This document shows, one piece after another, positions 1-11,321 of a DNA stretch of 64,000 nt (the stretch's first letter is position 1; each line of letters opens with the position of its first letter). The stretch spans positions 248,001 to 312,000 of the forward strand of contig OZ037833.1 of assembly GCA_964035575.1 (NCBI GenBank). Direction: 5' to 3'. Both the position numbers and the translations under genes were made by a program. Below the pieces are notes generated by a model. That model worked only from the letters and a program-made list of their open reading frames with translations, had not been told where the DNA came from and made no database searches. The DNA is from Rhynchopus sp. YZ270_cl-10. Its lineage: Eukaryota.

Positions 1-2
1 TA

Positions 3-2852
3 GTTCCGATAGCGTTTTTTGTGCTTCATCCGGTTTGTCTTGCTGTTAAGTGTGTCCACTGCATGCCGGAGTGTGCCTTGTTGGGATTCAAGCTCGGTCA
101 GAGACATGGACAAATCAAAATATTCTTGCCGCGTCTCATCGATCCTCCGTTGTATCGCATCTTCATGCAAGCTGAGAACAGCGTTTGCGCTGGTAACCTC
201 CCGCAAAGCGTCTGCGTGGTCTGTTTTGATCTTCATGTTCACCTGGTTCATCAGCTCCTGAATGCTTTCGGTCCGCTTTCTCAGGTCTCTCGCCGAGCAT
301 AAACCTTGCAGTTGCTTGAGCCGTTCGGTGATGCCACTCATTGTTTTGATGTTTACCGAATCTATCGCATCCTCCACTTCCGCCACTTCAGCACCAAGCG
401 GCACCATCGCACCAAGAAACGCACGCACAACCGGCTTTGCCACAATCCCCGCCAAACCTATCTGTACATTCGGCACCTTCTGTTGCCCTGTAGTCAGCTC
501 TAAGAAGCGGCCTTCCTTCCAGACCCCTCCTTCATGCAAAAGAACGCGAGCATTTGGGGCAAGCCTCGCTGCCGCTTCGGGGGATATGGTTGCAGCACCA
601 ATCGGCTTTGCCGCACCAGCAACAGCAGCCAAACCACTTCCATAACATTGTGTGTATTCTGCTCTCTCCGTTGCGGAAAGCGAGTCGAAATAACCTAAAT
701 GCTGGGCCGCGTAGTGTGCTGCACGCAAAGACGACATTTCTGTTAGTTGTCTCCGAAAATCCTCTTCCAAAGACGCAATCTCCTTCACCAACTCTTCGTA
801 TCCTTCGAGAAACCGCATCGTCAAAATCCGAGCATCCAGTACCCCCCTCTCCACACTTCTGTCAAATTGAATTTTCCCTGCATTGCCTCGAAAGCTGTCC
901 TTCTTCGCCAAGCTCGCTCTGTCAAGAAAAAAAGCTACCCTCGGATTTTGCATCACCGTCTCCAAAGCAATTCTGGGCACCACATAAGACACATCCCCCG
1001 CAGGCTCTGCCCTCCACCTCGGCAGACTCGATTCGACCTCAGGAAGCACTGCTGGGAGCACCACTGCTTCCCCTTCCCCTCCTCCTCCTCCTCCCTCTGA
1101 CACAGAGGCAAGCACCTCCTCCTTCTCCGAGGGGGGTGGGTCGTCCTGTACTGTGTCCTCCTGGGGCTTCTCGGGCTGCTCCTCCTCTTCCTCCCAGAAA
1201 TCCGAGCCGCAGTCGAGATCTGCATACCCAAAGGTCCCTTCTGCAGCGATTTTGCCGTTTTGCATATTTTTTAGCACCGTTTGTAGTGCGTCGACCTTTT
1301 CTTCAAGTTCCTCTTCGGTTTCAAACCCGTTAAACAGATTTGCCTCTATACTTCCAGAGAACGCTGATAAATCCATTTCGTATAATTGTTGTCTCGCGTA
1401 CGTCTCGCATGTTGCTTCGCGCTTATTCAACAGAGGGCGTGGTGGGGAAACATCGTTTTTATTGACTCTTCTTGTAAGAGAACCACGTGAACGGCGTTGT
1501 ATAGGCTGGGTTGACCTAGAATTGACGCGTGGTATGTTCCGGAAACTATGTGGCTTCTGCTGTCTTTCAGGACCTTCAGTACGCAGTTCCCCCGCAAAAG
1601 AGACCCGTGAGGTGGTGTGATGGATTCCCTTCTCTTTGCGTACCCTTTTTTTTCGTTTGGGGAGTTTTTCTGGTGCAAAAGATGCAGCAATTTCACTGCC
1701 ACGATGATGTGCATTCCGCTGTATGGGTGAAACTCCTCGCTCCTCACCATTTTGCGCCCCGTGGCTGTGGTGCTCTCCTGAAGGTTCTTCGTATTGATCG
1801 GTGTTGTGTTCGCTGTCTTCCTCCTCCTCTTCGTCCGATTCGTATTCAGAGGAGGAATCAAAATGAAAGTCTCTGGACTGTCGCTGCCGCGTACCCTGCT
1901 GCCTCATGGTGGGCCCACGAGAGAGTATTTCCTCCAAAATTTCGGTCATTTCGCCGTCAGGGTGGTCTGTTATTATTTGCGCTGTTTCCGCGGCGGCTTG
2001 CTGCTGCTCATGAAGTATGTCTTTGACAAGCCTTCGCTGAAGGTGCCTAAGCTGCTTCGGCGGCGGTGTTGCCTTAAAGAAGTTAGAATAGAGCACACCA
2101 CCATTCGGCACATTAGGTGCATTGCTGTCCGCACCTTGCACTGAAGCAACATAATGGGCAGATGCAAGCAACTCATTTGAACAGGGTGGAGTGATCTTCG
2201 CTATCCTTCTCGCCAAGCTCGTCACCAAAAGCTTTGTCATCCGGTCTCTTTGTAGTAAATGCTCTTCAACAGAAACAACATTTTCATCATAAATACGAGG
2301 TTTCGCCCTTCGTACCAATTCTGTATCTGTCGACCGACTCTGCAAAAGCGGTTCAATCCGAGGTTTAGTTTTGCTCTTTTGCTTCAAATGGATGTTGGCA
2401 GGGGGTTGGCCTATGAGCTGCGTTACCTCCGATTTAAAGAAGTTTGAATGTTCCAGAAAATGCTGCAGGGTACATGGTGACGATGGGGTAGGATCGGGTG
2501 GTACAGTCGCGTCATCCTTAGGTGGAGGCGATGGGGTGAAAAAAAGCTCGGTGGTTCTGTGCGCAGTGGCAGCGGGAGGGGCAGGGTTGAGTATAGGGTC
2601 CAAATGCTCTCGTAGTGGTGCTGTATAACCGTAAGCGGCGTCGGCTGCGCGGGTTGACATCTTGAAGTTTCTCTGTTGCGATTGGAGACACCTCACATAC
2701 TGGCTGGTGGGTCCATCCCCACTTTCACCAAAAATGTGTTTCACAACATTAGCGTTAGCGATGCGTTGTGTATTCCGGAATGGAATACTGTCGATCGACG
2801 GAAGCTGTGCTGCAACAGTGCAGGAAGGGAATGTCTGCGATGCGTCCGCCAT
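3..2852 (-). CDS. Hypothetical protein, ~950 aa, acidic/low-complexity middle and coiled-coil-like C-terminal part; runs off the left window edge
   Basis: Manual translation from ATG at 2852 (MADASQTFPSC...SSSEYESDEEEEED...GYEELVKEIASLEEDF...LNSKTNRMKHKKRYRN). Absent from the ORF track because no stop lies inside the window. The + strand ORFs at 19-2871 are its antisense shadows. Confidence 0.75.
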   Translation of the reverse strand, partial: MADASQTFPSCTVAAQLPSIDSIPFRNTQRIANANVVKHIFGESGDGPTSQYVRCLQSQQRNFKMSTRAADAAYGYTAPLREHLDPILNPAPPAATAHRTTELFFTPSPPPKDDATVPPDPTPSSPCTLQHFLEHSNFFKSEVTQLIGQPPANIHLKQKSKTKPRIEPLLQSRSTDTELVRRAKPRIYDENVVSVEEHLLQRDRMTKLLVTSLARRIAKITPPCSNELLASAHYVASVQGADSNAPNVPNGGVLYSNFFKATPPPKQLRHLQRRLVKDILHEQQQAAAETAQIITDHPDGEMTEILEEILSRGPTMRQQGTRQRQSRDFHFDSSSEYESDEEEEEDSEHNTDQYEEPSGEHHSHGAQNGEERGVSPIQRNAHHRGSEIAASFAPEKLPKRKKRVRKEKGIHHTTSRVSFAGELRTEGPERQQKPHSFRNIPRVNSRSTQPIQRRSRGSLTRRVNKNDVSPPRPLLNKREATCETYARQQLYEMDLSAFSGSIEANLFNGFETEEELEEKVDALQTVLKNMQNGKIAAEGTFGYADLDCGSDFWEEEEEQPEKPQEDTVQDDPPPSEKEEVLASVSEGGGGGGEGEAVVLPAVLPEVESSLPRWRAEPAGDVSYVVPRIALETVMQNPRVAFFLDRASLAKKDSFRGNAGKIQFDRSVERGVLDARILTMRFLEGYEELVKEIASLEEDFRRQLTEMSSLRAAHYAAQHLGYFDSLSATERAEYTQCYGSGLAAVAGAAKPIGAATISPEAAARLAPNARVLLHEGGVWKEGRFLELTTGQQKVPNVQIGLAGIVAKPVVRAFLGAMVPLGAEVAEVEDAIDSVNIKTMSGITERLKQLQGLCSARDLRKRTESIQELMNQVNMKIKTDHADALREVTSANAVLSLHEDAIQRRIDETRQEYFDLSMSLTELESQQGTLRHAVDTLNSKTNRMKHKKRYRN

Positions 2853-3099
2853 TTTTGGTAGAATAGTTTAAAAGCTATGCTATTTGGGAAGAGTGTTTTT
2901 TTTTGATTATGTGATCTGGATTGGGTTCCTCATTGAACTGTCCTGCATTAACTCAGAGCCATAGCAACACTTCGAAAAATTATTTTATTTTTTGGGGGAA
3001 AAGGGGGGTGGGTGGGGTGGTATTCTGTAAGGGAGGGGGGCTGATATGTGTGTGAGAATGGTAACCGCGAAAGGGCTGCATAAATGTTTTCGTGCAAAT

Positions 3100-3830
3100 T
3101 TCGTGCAAAATGTGACTTTGAAAGGCAAAAAAAACCCCTCTTCCTGCCGAATTCGGGAGCAAAACTTGCGAAAGCGTCAAGCTGCTGGCGGAGTTCTTTA
3201 AGGAAAATGGAACGGAGAAGGTGTGGTCTGATTTGGTGGTCAAAGAAATGTGCAGACGACGTCGGCCCCGCATCAAACTTCCTGGACTATATCAGCGACG
3301 CATCAAAGACCTAACCCCTGTCAATTACAATAGGGACACGCTTCGAAAAGATGGTGAATACGATGAAGTTAAATAACAGACCCTCGACACAGTCACTTCT
3401 GGCAAACCTTCAGGAGATGTGGCAAAATCACCTAAATTTTCCTCAGATTCAGGCGGGTCGCTATATGCATCCGGGGATGGTGAGAACCTTCATGCTGAGC
3501 GCGGACCAAATGGTCGCGGCTTTGAAAGTCAAGAATGGCCCAAGCAGTACGGAGCGAACTCTGTACACAAGACCCAACCTGCACACCCTGCGGCGCAGAC
3601 CGACGCAGACCGCATCCAGCCTAACGACGGCGCAGACCAACCCCAACCTGCACAGCCTGCGGACGGCGCAGACAGGAAGCCCTGGTTCGACGAAGCAGAG
3701 GAGAGGGAGTACCGGCGCTGGTTGAGTGACTGAGCGATGTGGGTTGGGTGGGTCTTGGAGCACTACCACATCCCAAAAATTCAGAAATGATTTGGCAAAA
3801 TGGGCGGACGCAGTGTAAAAGAAAACTCGC
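3100..3830 (+). pseudogene. Possible decayed coding remnant (frameshifted fragments), origin unknown
   Basis: Protein-like fragments in several + frames (KLLAEFFKENGTEKVWSDLVVKEM; QPADGADRKPWFDEAEEREYRRWL; KFRNDLAKWADAV) broken by stops. Confidence 0.25.
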
Positions 3831-4557
3831 AACTGTTTATTTCATTTTTTAAAAAACTTTGATGTGTACCCCCCGCGAACGGGCAATCCACGGTTTCATT
3901 TCTTTTTGTATTGATGCGAATCATCCTCACTCAGAGATGAAGAAAGGTACGAAAGATCTATTAAGGAGAGACTCTGAGAGGGAAAGTGTCATTCAAAGTG
4001 TGCCTTCACGAAACACTTTGCCAAATGTATCAAAGGTGAACAGGAACTTTGTGGCTACTTGCACTGTGCGGGAGGACAGTTGCTGCACAGTGCCGAACCT
4101 TTTTTGCCTATAATGCTCACAGAGATACACTGCACACACAATGTCGTGTAAGATTGAAAAGAGCTAAAAAAACAGCGACTCAGGTGCATGTGCCTTTCGT
4201 GCACACACAGCATTGAGAAGAACTGATCTGGTGAAGTGCAGCTGCCTGAGACAGTTGTCACTAAACTTCGTGCACTATGCATTGTGAAGAAAAAAAGGTC
4301 ATTTGTTTGTGCGCTCAAAAGCAGGGTGAAATAAAAGTGGAAAAAGTGTGCAATTGCATTAGTGTTGGTTGTATGGATCAAGGTGAATCAAACAGCCAAT
4401 AAAGCATGCTTTTTTTGTTTTCCATTTTTTTTTCGTTTTGTCCCAAAGCGCTGCCTCCAAATATTTTAACTAAAAGATGTTGTGATACAGGAAAGGTTGA
4501 AAGCAACAAATGCCTCACCGTTCGTTCGGATGCGAAAAGAAAGACAAAAAACAACAC

Positions 4558-4680
4558 CATGAATGGTACCGTTACCAGGTATCGGGACTTTTTTTACCCG
4601 GTAATGCCACGGAAAAACCCGGTAAATGACAACCGAAAACCCGATTGTACCCGGTAAAACCCGGTAACGCACCATCCATG
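4558..4680. mobile_element. Small MITE-like element with imperfect terminal inverted repeats
   Basis: catgaatggtaccgttacc...ggtaacgcaccatccatg, with internal repeated acccggtaa motifs. No clear TSD. Confidence 0.35.
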
Positions 4681-5241
4681 AAGAATAATAAAACAAACAC
4701 GAGCTCGATGCGATGAACTGAATCACTATACATTGGGGAAAGCCCCCCCTTCTGCACCGCAGAGTATACATGGGTATATTTCTGTGAGAATTTTGACAGC
4801 GGTGAGCAACAGGGTCAACACTGTCAGAGCATTCTCTAGCCATGCCTATACAAGGAGTGTTGATTGTAAAACGGGGGGTAAAATCGAAACGGGAAAAACT
4901 ATGATGAGAGAACCGTGAACTTTGTTCACCTTGTGGATAATGATGCTGGTGGGGAAAGGAAACAAAAAAGAGGGAGGAAAAGGTTAATTCATATACATTC
5001 TTTTCTTAGCGAAACAAAAAGAAGAATGCAAAGAGGGTGCAAAAAATGCACCCTTGCTGCAAAAAGAGGGAGGAAAAGGACAAGGAAAGTTGAAAGATCG
5101 ATGTGTCTCTCACCCTTTGAGATTCTAAGAATACTTAAAAGGCAGACAGGTGGAAAATGACACATGGCATAATGCAACAAAAACACACTCGTTTTACGCA
5201 AATTCGTCATTGTTTTTTGGCCACTGCGTCCATGAGTAACA

Positions 5242-7856
5242 TCACCAGTGAATGGCGGGCCGCACATCGGTCAGGAATTCAAACTTCTGTCTGAAGCTGA
5301 TTGGCGCATTTTTGTAGACGTGGATAATGTCCTTTTGGTATTTGCGGAAGACTCTGTCGAACTTCATGCTGCCTTTGCTGTTGCAGTTGACCGGGATTGA
5401 CTGGTAGGGGTCGCGTGTGAGGACCTGGTCGAACTCGGCAAGGTGGACTCGAAGTTGGGCACTGCGCTGGAGAGGAAGGTGCGGCTTTGTGCGTCACGGA
5501 GTGGGCTAGCCTTGCTGGACATGAAGGCGAGGGCTGTGTCCAGATCGTCCATGCCGCCAGCGGTTATGGCATCGGTGATGCTCCAGCTGGGGCGGGCAAA
5601 CGCCTGCTTCACGTTTTTGTGTGTGTCGTGCGCACTCTCGTGGTCCAGCGAATGCACAACAGTCTGCTGCCACAGCGTCGTCGCCAAGACCTGCTCAAAC
5701 GTCGAAGGTGTTGCGTCCACAGGGATCCCCAACTTCTTCAGCTGCGACTTCAGCATGTCCAAGGCAGACTCTGTCGACATGCCTGACCTGTCGTGCTCTT
5801 CGCAGTGCTTCGACCTAAGAACCCTGAGGACGGACTTCACCATCCTCACAGTGACGCGCCACATGTCGTACAGCTCAGTCACGTAGGGTACGTTGTGCTT
5901 CGCAAGATCCCCCAACCACGTCTTCACGTCCCAGAAGTCGGGTGAGTCGTACGTCTGTTGGATGGTTCTGTTCGCAACAGATGCGATGAACCCCCTGTGC
6001 GTGGACTGGTGTGGGATGAAGAAGCTTTGGATCATCGAGGCGTCGCCGTTGGTGCGCAGGTCCAGCTCGTTTGCTTCGTGGTCTGCAGGCGGGTGCGGGT
6101 CCTCCGTGCCGTTGCTGAAGTAGGCAGGGGGGAATCGGTTGAACCCTGCACTGTACGTCCCACTGAAGAGCGGTGTCTCGGCGATGTAGTTCCCGCCCAC
6201 CTGGAACGCAGCCAGGAAACGGATTGCATTTGGCAGCTTCGACTCTGCGCGTGTTTTCGTGACGGTGTGCGGGTTGATGTACCAGTCTGCTGCCTGCTCA
6301 CCTGCGGCAGAGAGGTACCCAAGAAGCGTTGTTGTGTCCGTCTGTGTGAGCTGCGCCGCCCCCAAGACCTGGGTCAGCAGGTCGGCACCCGGGTGTGTCT
6401 GCGCAACAACCTGCATTGCAGAGGTGAAGGCCTCGGGGAGGATGGCAAGAAGCTTCTCTGTGACGCTCGCAGCCTTGTCCGGGTAGGTCCACCCCTTTGC
6501 GACTGCGTAGGACAGCTGTGCGGTGCCCACAAAGTGCACCCAGTTGTGTCCGTCCGCAGCAGCGTAGTGCGAGAGGAACGCCTGCAGGTGGTACTTCACC
6601 ATCGCCCACACACCGGCACTCATCTCGCTCCGCAGAAGCCAAGCACCGGAGCGCAGCTGCACAGAGTGGATCAACATCTGCTCGTTGATGCGCACGGCCG
6701 CAATGTCGTACGCAAGCGTGTTGTCTTCCACAGGCCCCGACTCGTACAACGCTGTGACCTCCGCCATTGTAGCTTCGAAGCGCTCCTGCGAGATGGCGCC
6801 AGCATCCAGAGCAGCCCTCGTCTGTGCCGCAAGCTCGTCAATCTGTTGCTTCTTCCCTGCCGTCTTGTGGATGTCCATCTGGCGCGGCAGGCCCTCCCGC
6901 AGGATGTAGTGGAAGTACGTCGCACCCCCCTCCTCCACGACCGAAGCAGTGTACGCCAGTGCGGAGTACATGACAGCGTTGGCCATGGCAGGGTCCTCCA
7001 TCAGGTCGGGTGTGCTCTCGTGCTTGAAGAGCGTCGCGAAGTAGACGTCGAACACAGACTTCCCAAACTTGCTTGGCAGCTCTGTGACAATGCTTTTGTC
7101 AGGGTTCTCCTGCTGCATACCGTACGAAGAGAGGTACCCAAACACCGCCGAGTCCTCGAGTGCAGGCTGTGTCACCCAGCACAGCGGTGTGTCCGACCCC
7201 TTCAGGTTCTGAGCAAAGGCGTCTCTTGCGTAGCGGTACCCAGGTGCCAGGCCGTCCAAGGTGCTGATCGAGTCATCAAGCTGCCCTGCGTTGGTGCCCG
7301 GCTCCATGCAGGAGTTCATCAGCTCAAACCCGTAGCCGTATTTGTTCGGCTCTCCCTTCCCGTCCACCGCAAAGTCAATTGGGACCCCTGCAGCCTTCAG
7401 CATCGTGATCTGTGCAGGCGTCGCCTCAGGGAAGGGCCACATCTTTCTGAACTTCCAGTAGCTTCCAAACCCGGCCTCGATTCTGCTGTAGAGCTGCTCC
7501 GCCACTGTGTGCGAGGAGCCCTCTAGGGCGGGTTTGAACTGTCCCGAGGCAAAGGCAGCGTCTGCGTAGGTCTTGCCGAAGGTGTTCAGGGAGGCCTGCA
7601 TCAAACCCGTCTGGGCTGCTTCGTTTAGCAGCGCGGCGGACACTTGCCCAGAGGCGTCCATCTGAGCGTAGAACGCATCCAGTATGACACGTGTCGCGGG
7701 GTCGTTTGTTCTGTTGTTGACCAGCTCTGTCGCGGTGCTCACTTTGTAGTCGCCAAGCAGGTCACCTAGGGTACACTCCTGTGCAGCAGTGGCAACGACA
7801 CCACACAGGAAAAGAAACTGCCTCATAGTTGAGTAGTGGAATGCTGCAGTGTGCAT
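5242..7856 (-). CDS. Secreted lipoxygenase-like protein with an apparent 1-nt frameshift near 5442 (sequencing error or recent pseudogene)
   Basis: Signal-peptide-like MRQFLFLCGVVATAAQ (ATG 7826). WAMVKYHLQAFLSHYAAADGHNWVHF resembles the LOX W..AK...H...H helix; TLWQQTVVHSLDH resembles the second LOX metal-ligand motif. The adjacent frame continues LAEFDQVL...FRKYQKDII...FEFLTDVRPAIHW* to a stop at 5242. Confidence 0.6.
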
Positions 7857-8496
7857 GGGAGGTGTTTACAAATGTCAAAAATATAGGTGAACAAATATCG
7901 GAGTTTGTGGGTGATTGCTGGCGTTGTCGGTTGTATGTGAGCCACGAAGAGACAGTGAAAAGCAAGCCTCTTCCAGAGGTGTAGAAGTGTAGGCCCAAAT
8001 TTCCAACATTGGACTTAATGAGTTCAACACGGGGGTTGACAAAAAAAAAAATGAAATGTCCCCCCAGTCTTTGTGTATTCGTTGTTTGTTGTTTGTTCGC
8101 ATCCCTGTATTTTTCAGGTAAAAAATAAACTGTTCTTATTGGGATAGTAACAAAACCCCATAGTGAAAGTGAGTCTGCACTAAAGTCAAAATAAAACTTT
8201 TTTTTTTCTTTTCAGAACCCCCGAAAAAAAAAGACCCGAAAAACCCCGAAAAAACTCGCGTACTGGGGTGGAAGTGCAACAAAAAGGGGGGGAGGGGAAA
8301 CGGTAAGACTCACAGCCATCCGAAAGAACGCGAGAGATCTCAATGCCAGACGTGTTGCGTAACTCGCACAAAAAAAAAATAAAGTAAAAAGCAAAGAAAG
8401 AACAAGAAGAACGTTGTTGCATCAACACTCCAAGCCCCTCTCCGATGGTCAGAATAGAAGTACACTCCTTTTTTTTTTTGAAAATATAAAAGGCTT

Positions 8497-8560
8497 TAAA
8501 GCCCTCTCGTGAACAGTGTACCTTTGGTACAATAACCGGTTCCCCAACCATGCAGTCTTA
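8497..8560. repeat. Dispersed short repeat family (aagccctctcgtgaacagtgtaccttggtacaataacc...cccaaccatgcagtc)
   Basis: Related copies at ~12170-12212, 36197-36520 (two tandem) and 49020-49110. Confidence 0.6.
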
Positions 8561-9409
8561 CACAGATATGCTCTAATCCCGCTTCCACTTAGCAGATGGA
8601 AATAATAAAAACCCGGTTCGTCTTTTTGTTTCGTTGGTACGCTACCCTTTTTTCAAAACGCCAAGAAATATATGACTAAAAAGGGAAAAAAGGAAAACCC
8701 CCGCTTTTTTTTTTTTTTTTTTTTTTTACTGGTTTTCTTCCTTGCTTTCGTATTTTTTGTTTTCTGTCTTTTTTTTTTTTTTTTTTTGAAAAAATTGATT
8801 GTTTCCAGCACACGCGGACTGTGTCAGTGTGTGATGGTATATGATTATTGCCTGAAGTACAGAAAATGGGAGTGTCGGTGGCGGAGCACAAAAGAGGTAA
8901 AATGAGAAACACATCGGGTGGGGTCTCTGATCTAATCTGTGCGACGAATATATTTCCCCTAACACGCCATGTTTGGCCAGGGCCTCTCCAGCGCGTCAGT
9001 TGCAAAAAAAGGAAAACTCCCGCCTGAAGTACATAAATGAGATGAGTGCAACAATAGAATGGGGAGTTTGAAAATGTTTTTGTTATAGCTTGTACTCTTT
9101 GTTTTTGCTATTTTGTGTTTGCGTTTGTTTAACCTTTTAGATCCTTAACCAAAGCGATGTGCGAACTTTAATGTAGTTTCCGGCTTACTCTGTCGCAGTG
9201 GTTGTAGGGAACTTTTAGTGCTTTTTCAATAGAATGGGGAGAATAAACAAAATACTACGGTGTCAATAACTATCTTCGCCCACACAGGAAAATAATAAAA
9301 CCTACATCCTCGAAACTTTTCTACACAAATGATTTCATTGAACGCATCCCCGAGTGTTGGTAATGAATTGGAGTCGGGGAGCAGAGGTTGGGGAGAAAGG
9401 GAGAGAGGA

Positions 9410-11321
9410 AACAAATACAAGATTATCGAATTATATACACGAATTCATCCTTCGATTCCAAAAAGGACCGATCCTTACAGTTTGTATTATTTCCTAACAA
9501 CCACTCCGTTACACTGCGTTACGCTGCGTTACACTGCGTTGTTGTCTGCAAAAAACGGGAAACGAAATAGGGGGAGAGTTTGTTAGTTGTACGCTTCCAC
9601 CACAATAGAATGGGGGGAATAAACAACAAAGTTTCAAGACGTTTGAATCATTGCCCACAAAGTATTTTGTCCTAATATAATAAAGTACCCTGGAAATTAC
9701 GACCGATGTTCTTGACATTTGTCAAGATCGATGTGTCGATGCGGTCTAACGCCGTGCAGTCGCAAAAGCAGTCTTCCCCGATGTCGGTGACTGAGCGCAA
9801 AACAGAGAGATCTATCGCCATCAATGCAGTGCAGTTCACTAAGAACGAATCGCCGATTTTCCTGACGTTTTCCAAGCCCGACAGCGACACCGTCTCCAAC
9901 AGCTTGCAGTCGGAGAGGAAGAAGTCGCCTATCGACACCACACTGCGCAGCCCTGCGAAATCGATCGCCCGCAACGAGGTGCAGTCCGAGAGAAAGTCGT
10001 CACCTATTTGCGTGACATTCCCCAAACCCGACAAATTTATTGTTTCTAACGCCTTGCACGAAGAGAGCACGCCGTTGCCGATCTTTGTGATACTGCGCAA
10101 TACTGACAGGTCTATCGCTTGCAACGCAGCGCACGTCGAGAGAAAAGTGTGTCCTACCTGCGATGCATTGCGCAGCCCTGTGAGATCCACCTCCGTTAAA
10201 GTCTTGCAGTTTAGCAGAAAAAAGGTGCCGATGTGGGTGACACTGCGCAGCCCTGAGAGATCAATGGTTGCCAAAGACTTGCAGTGGGAGAGAAAGTCGT
10301 CGCCGATGTGCGTAAGGCTTCGCAAGCCTGAGAAGCTGATCGCTGGCAGGGCCTCACAGCGGTACAAAAAGCTCGACCCAATGTGCGTGACGCTGCACAA
10401 CCCTGAGAGGTCTATCATCGTTAACGCACCGCAGTGGGAGAGAAAGTCGTTCGAAATCTCTGTAACACTGCTCAGACCTGTCAAGTCCACAGCTTGTAAT
10501 GCACCGCAATTTGACAAAAACCGCTTCCCAATCTCAGTCACAAAAGAGATTTGACTGAAATCAAGTATGTTTAAACCAGTATTCGCCAAAAACCCATCAG
10601 GAATCACAGTAGTAACTTCTGCCTGCAGAAGCAAGCAAGCCACCTCCGCATTTCGTATTCCCCTCAGGCTTTCTGCTGTGATGTCGGTCTCACCCAGTGC
10701 ATGAAGTGCTGCTATGGCCTCGTATTTCGTCGTTTTCGTCAGTACTACTTTGTCCCCAGCACTCAGCTGCGTGATGTCCTCCCCTTCCTCCTTCCCTCCG
10801 AAGCCCATATGAAAGCTGTCTTCGGCCAACCCCGTTGCTGTCGCCACCTTCCGACGCAGGGCCTCCGTTGTGTCATCCTCACCCACCTCGATCACATGCT
10901 CCGTTTCGTCATACCCCTGTATCGTCACATCCATTATTTGTGTGTCTCTCTGTTTGTGTTGTGGGATCAGGGAAGAAAAAAAGGAAGCCCAACTCCCCCA
11001 CGGAACCGCCAACTAGTTGCTCTGTAACCGCACACAGTCTTTCATACGGCACTCTCCAGGGCGAACACTCAGAAGGAAGACAATAGCAGGACCAGGGAAC
11101 AGTATTTGAGAAAGATTCGTACCTGACGAATCTAAAGCCTCCCAAGAGAGGGTGGGGAACACACTGCCCTTTATTCACTCATTTTTTTTGCAGACAACAA
11201 CGCAGCGTAACGCAGTGCAACGGAGTGGTTGTTAGGAAATAATACAAACCGTAAGGATCGGTCCTTTTTGGAATCGAAGGATGAAAATTGTGTGTATAAA
11301 TTCGATAGTCCTGCATTTGTT
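9410..11321. repeat. Pair of ~140-bp inverted repeats (9410-9556 and 11183-11321) bracketing Ubl-LRR copy 1
   Basis: ttcatccttcgattccaaaaaggaccgatccttac.gtttgtattatttcctaacaaccactccgtt.cactgcgttacgctgcgtt...gtctgcaaaaaa occurs on the + strand left of the gene and as its reverse complement on the right. Confidence 0.85.
9672..10934 (-). CDS. Ubiquitin-like domain + BspA/TpLRR-type leucine-rich repeat protein, copy 1 (divergent LRRs, ~11 repeats)
   Basis: ATG 10934 MDVTIQGYDETEHVIEVGEDDTTEALRRKVATATGL...FGGK...LSAGDKVVL (ubiquitin-fold pattern), followed by 25-aa repeats LxxIDLSGLxSVTxIGxxFLxxC. Confidence 0.85.
   Translation of the reverse strand: MDVTIQGYDETEHVIEVGEDDTTEALRRKVATATGLAEDSFHMGFGGKEEGEDITQLSAGDKVVLTKTTKYEAIAALHALGETDITAESLRGIRNAEVACLLLQAEVTTVIPDGFLANTGLNILDFSQISFVTEIGKRFLSNCGALQAVDLTGLSSVTEISNDFLSHCGALTMIDLSGLCSVTHIGSSFLYRCEALPAISFSGLRSLTHIGDDFLSHCKSLATIDLSGLRSVTHIGTFFLLNCKTLTEVDLTGLRNASQVGHTFLSTCAALQAIDLSVLRSITKIGNGVLSSCKALETINLSGLGNVTQIGDDFLSDCTSLRAIDFAGLRSVVSIGDFFLSDCKLLETVSLSGLENVRKIGDSFLVNCTALMAIDLSVLRSVTDIGEDCFCDCTALDRIDTSILTNVKNIGRNFQGTLLY

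Noticed and set aside
5958..7526. 522-aa + strand ORF and similar + strand ORFs (41425-42975, 43011-44045, 58701-59672)
   Set aside because: Antisense shadows of GC-rich minus-strand genes.
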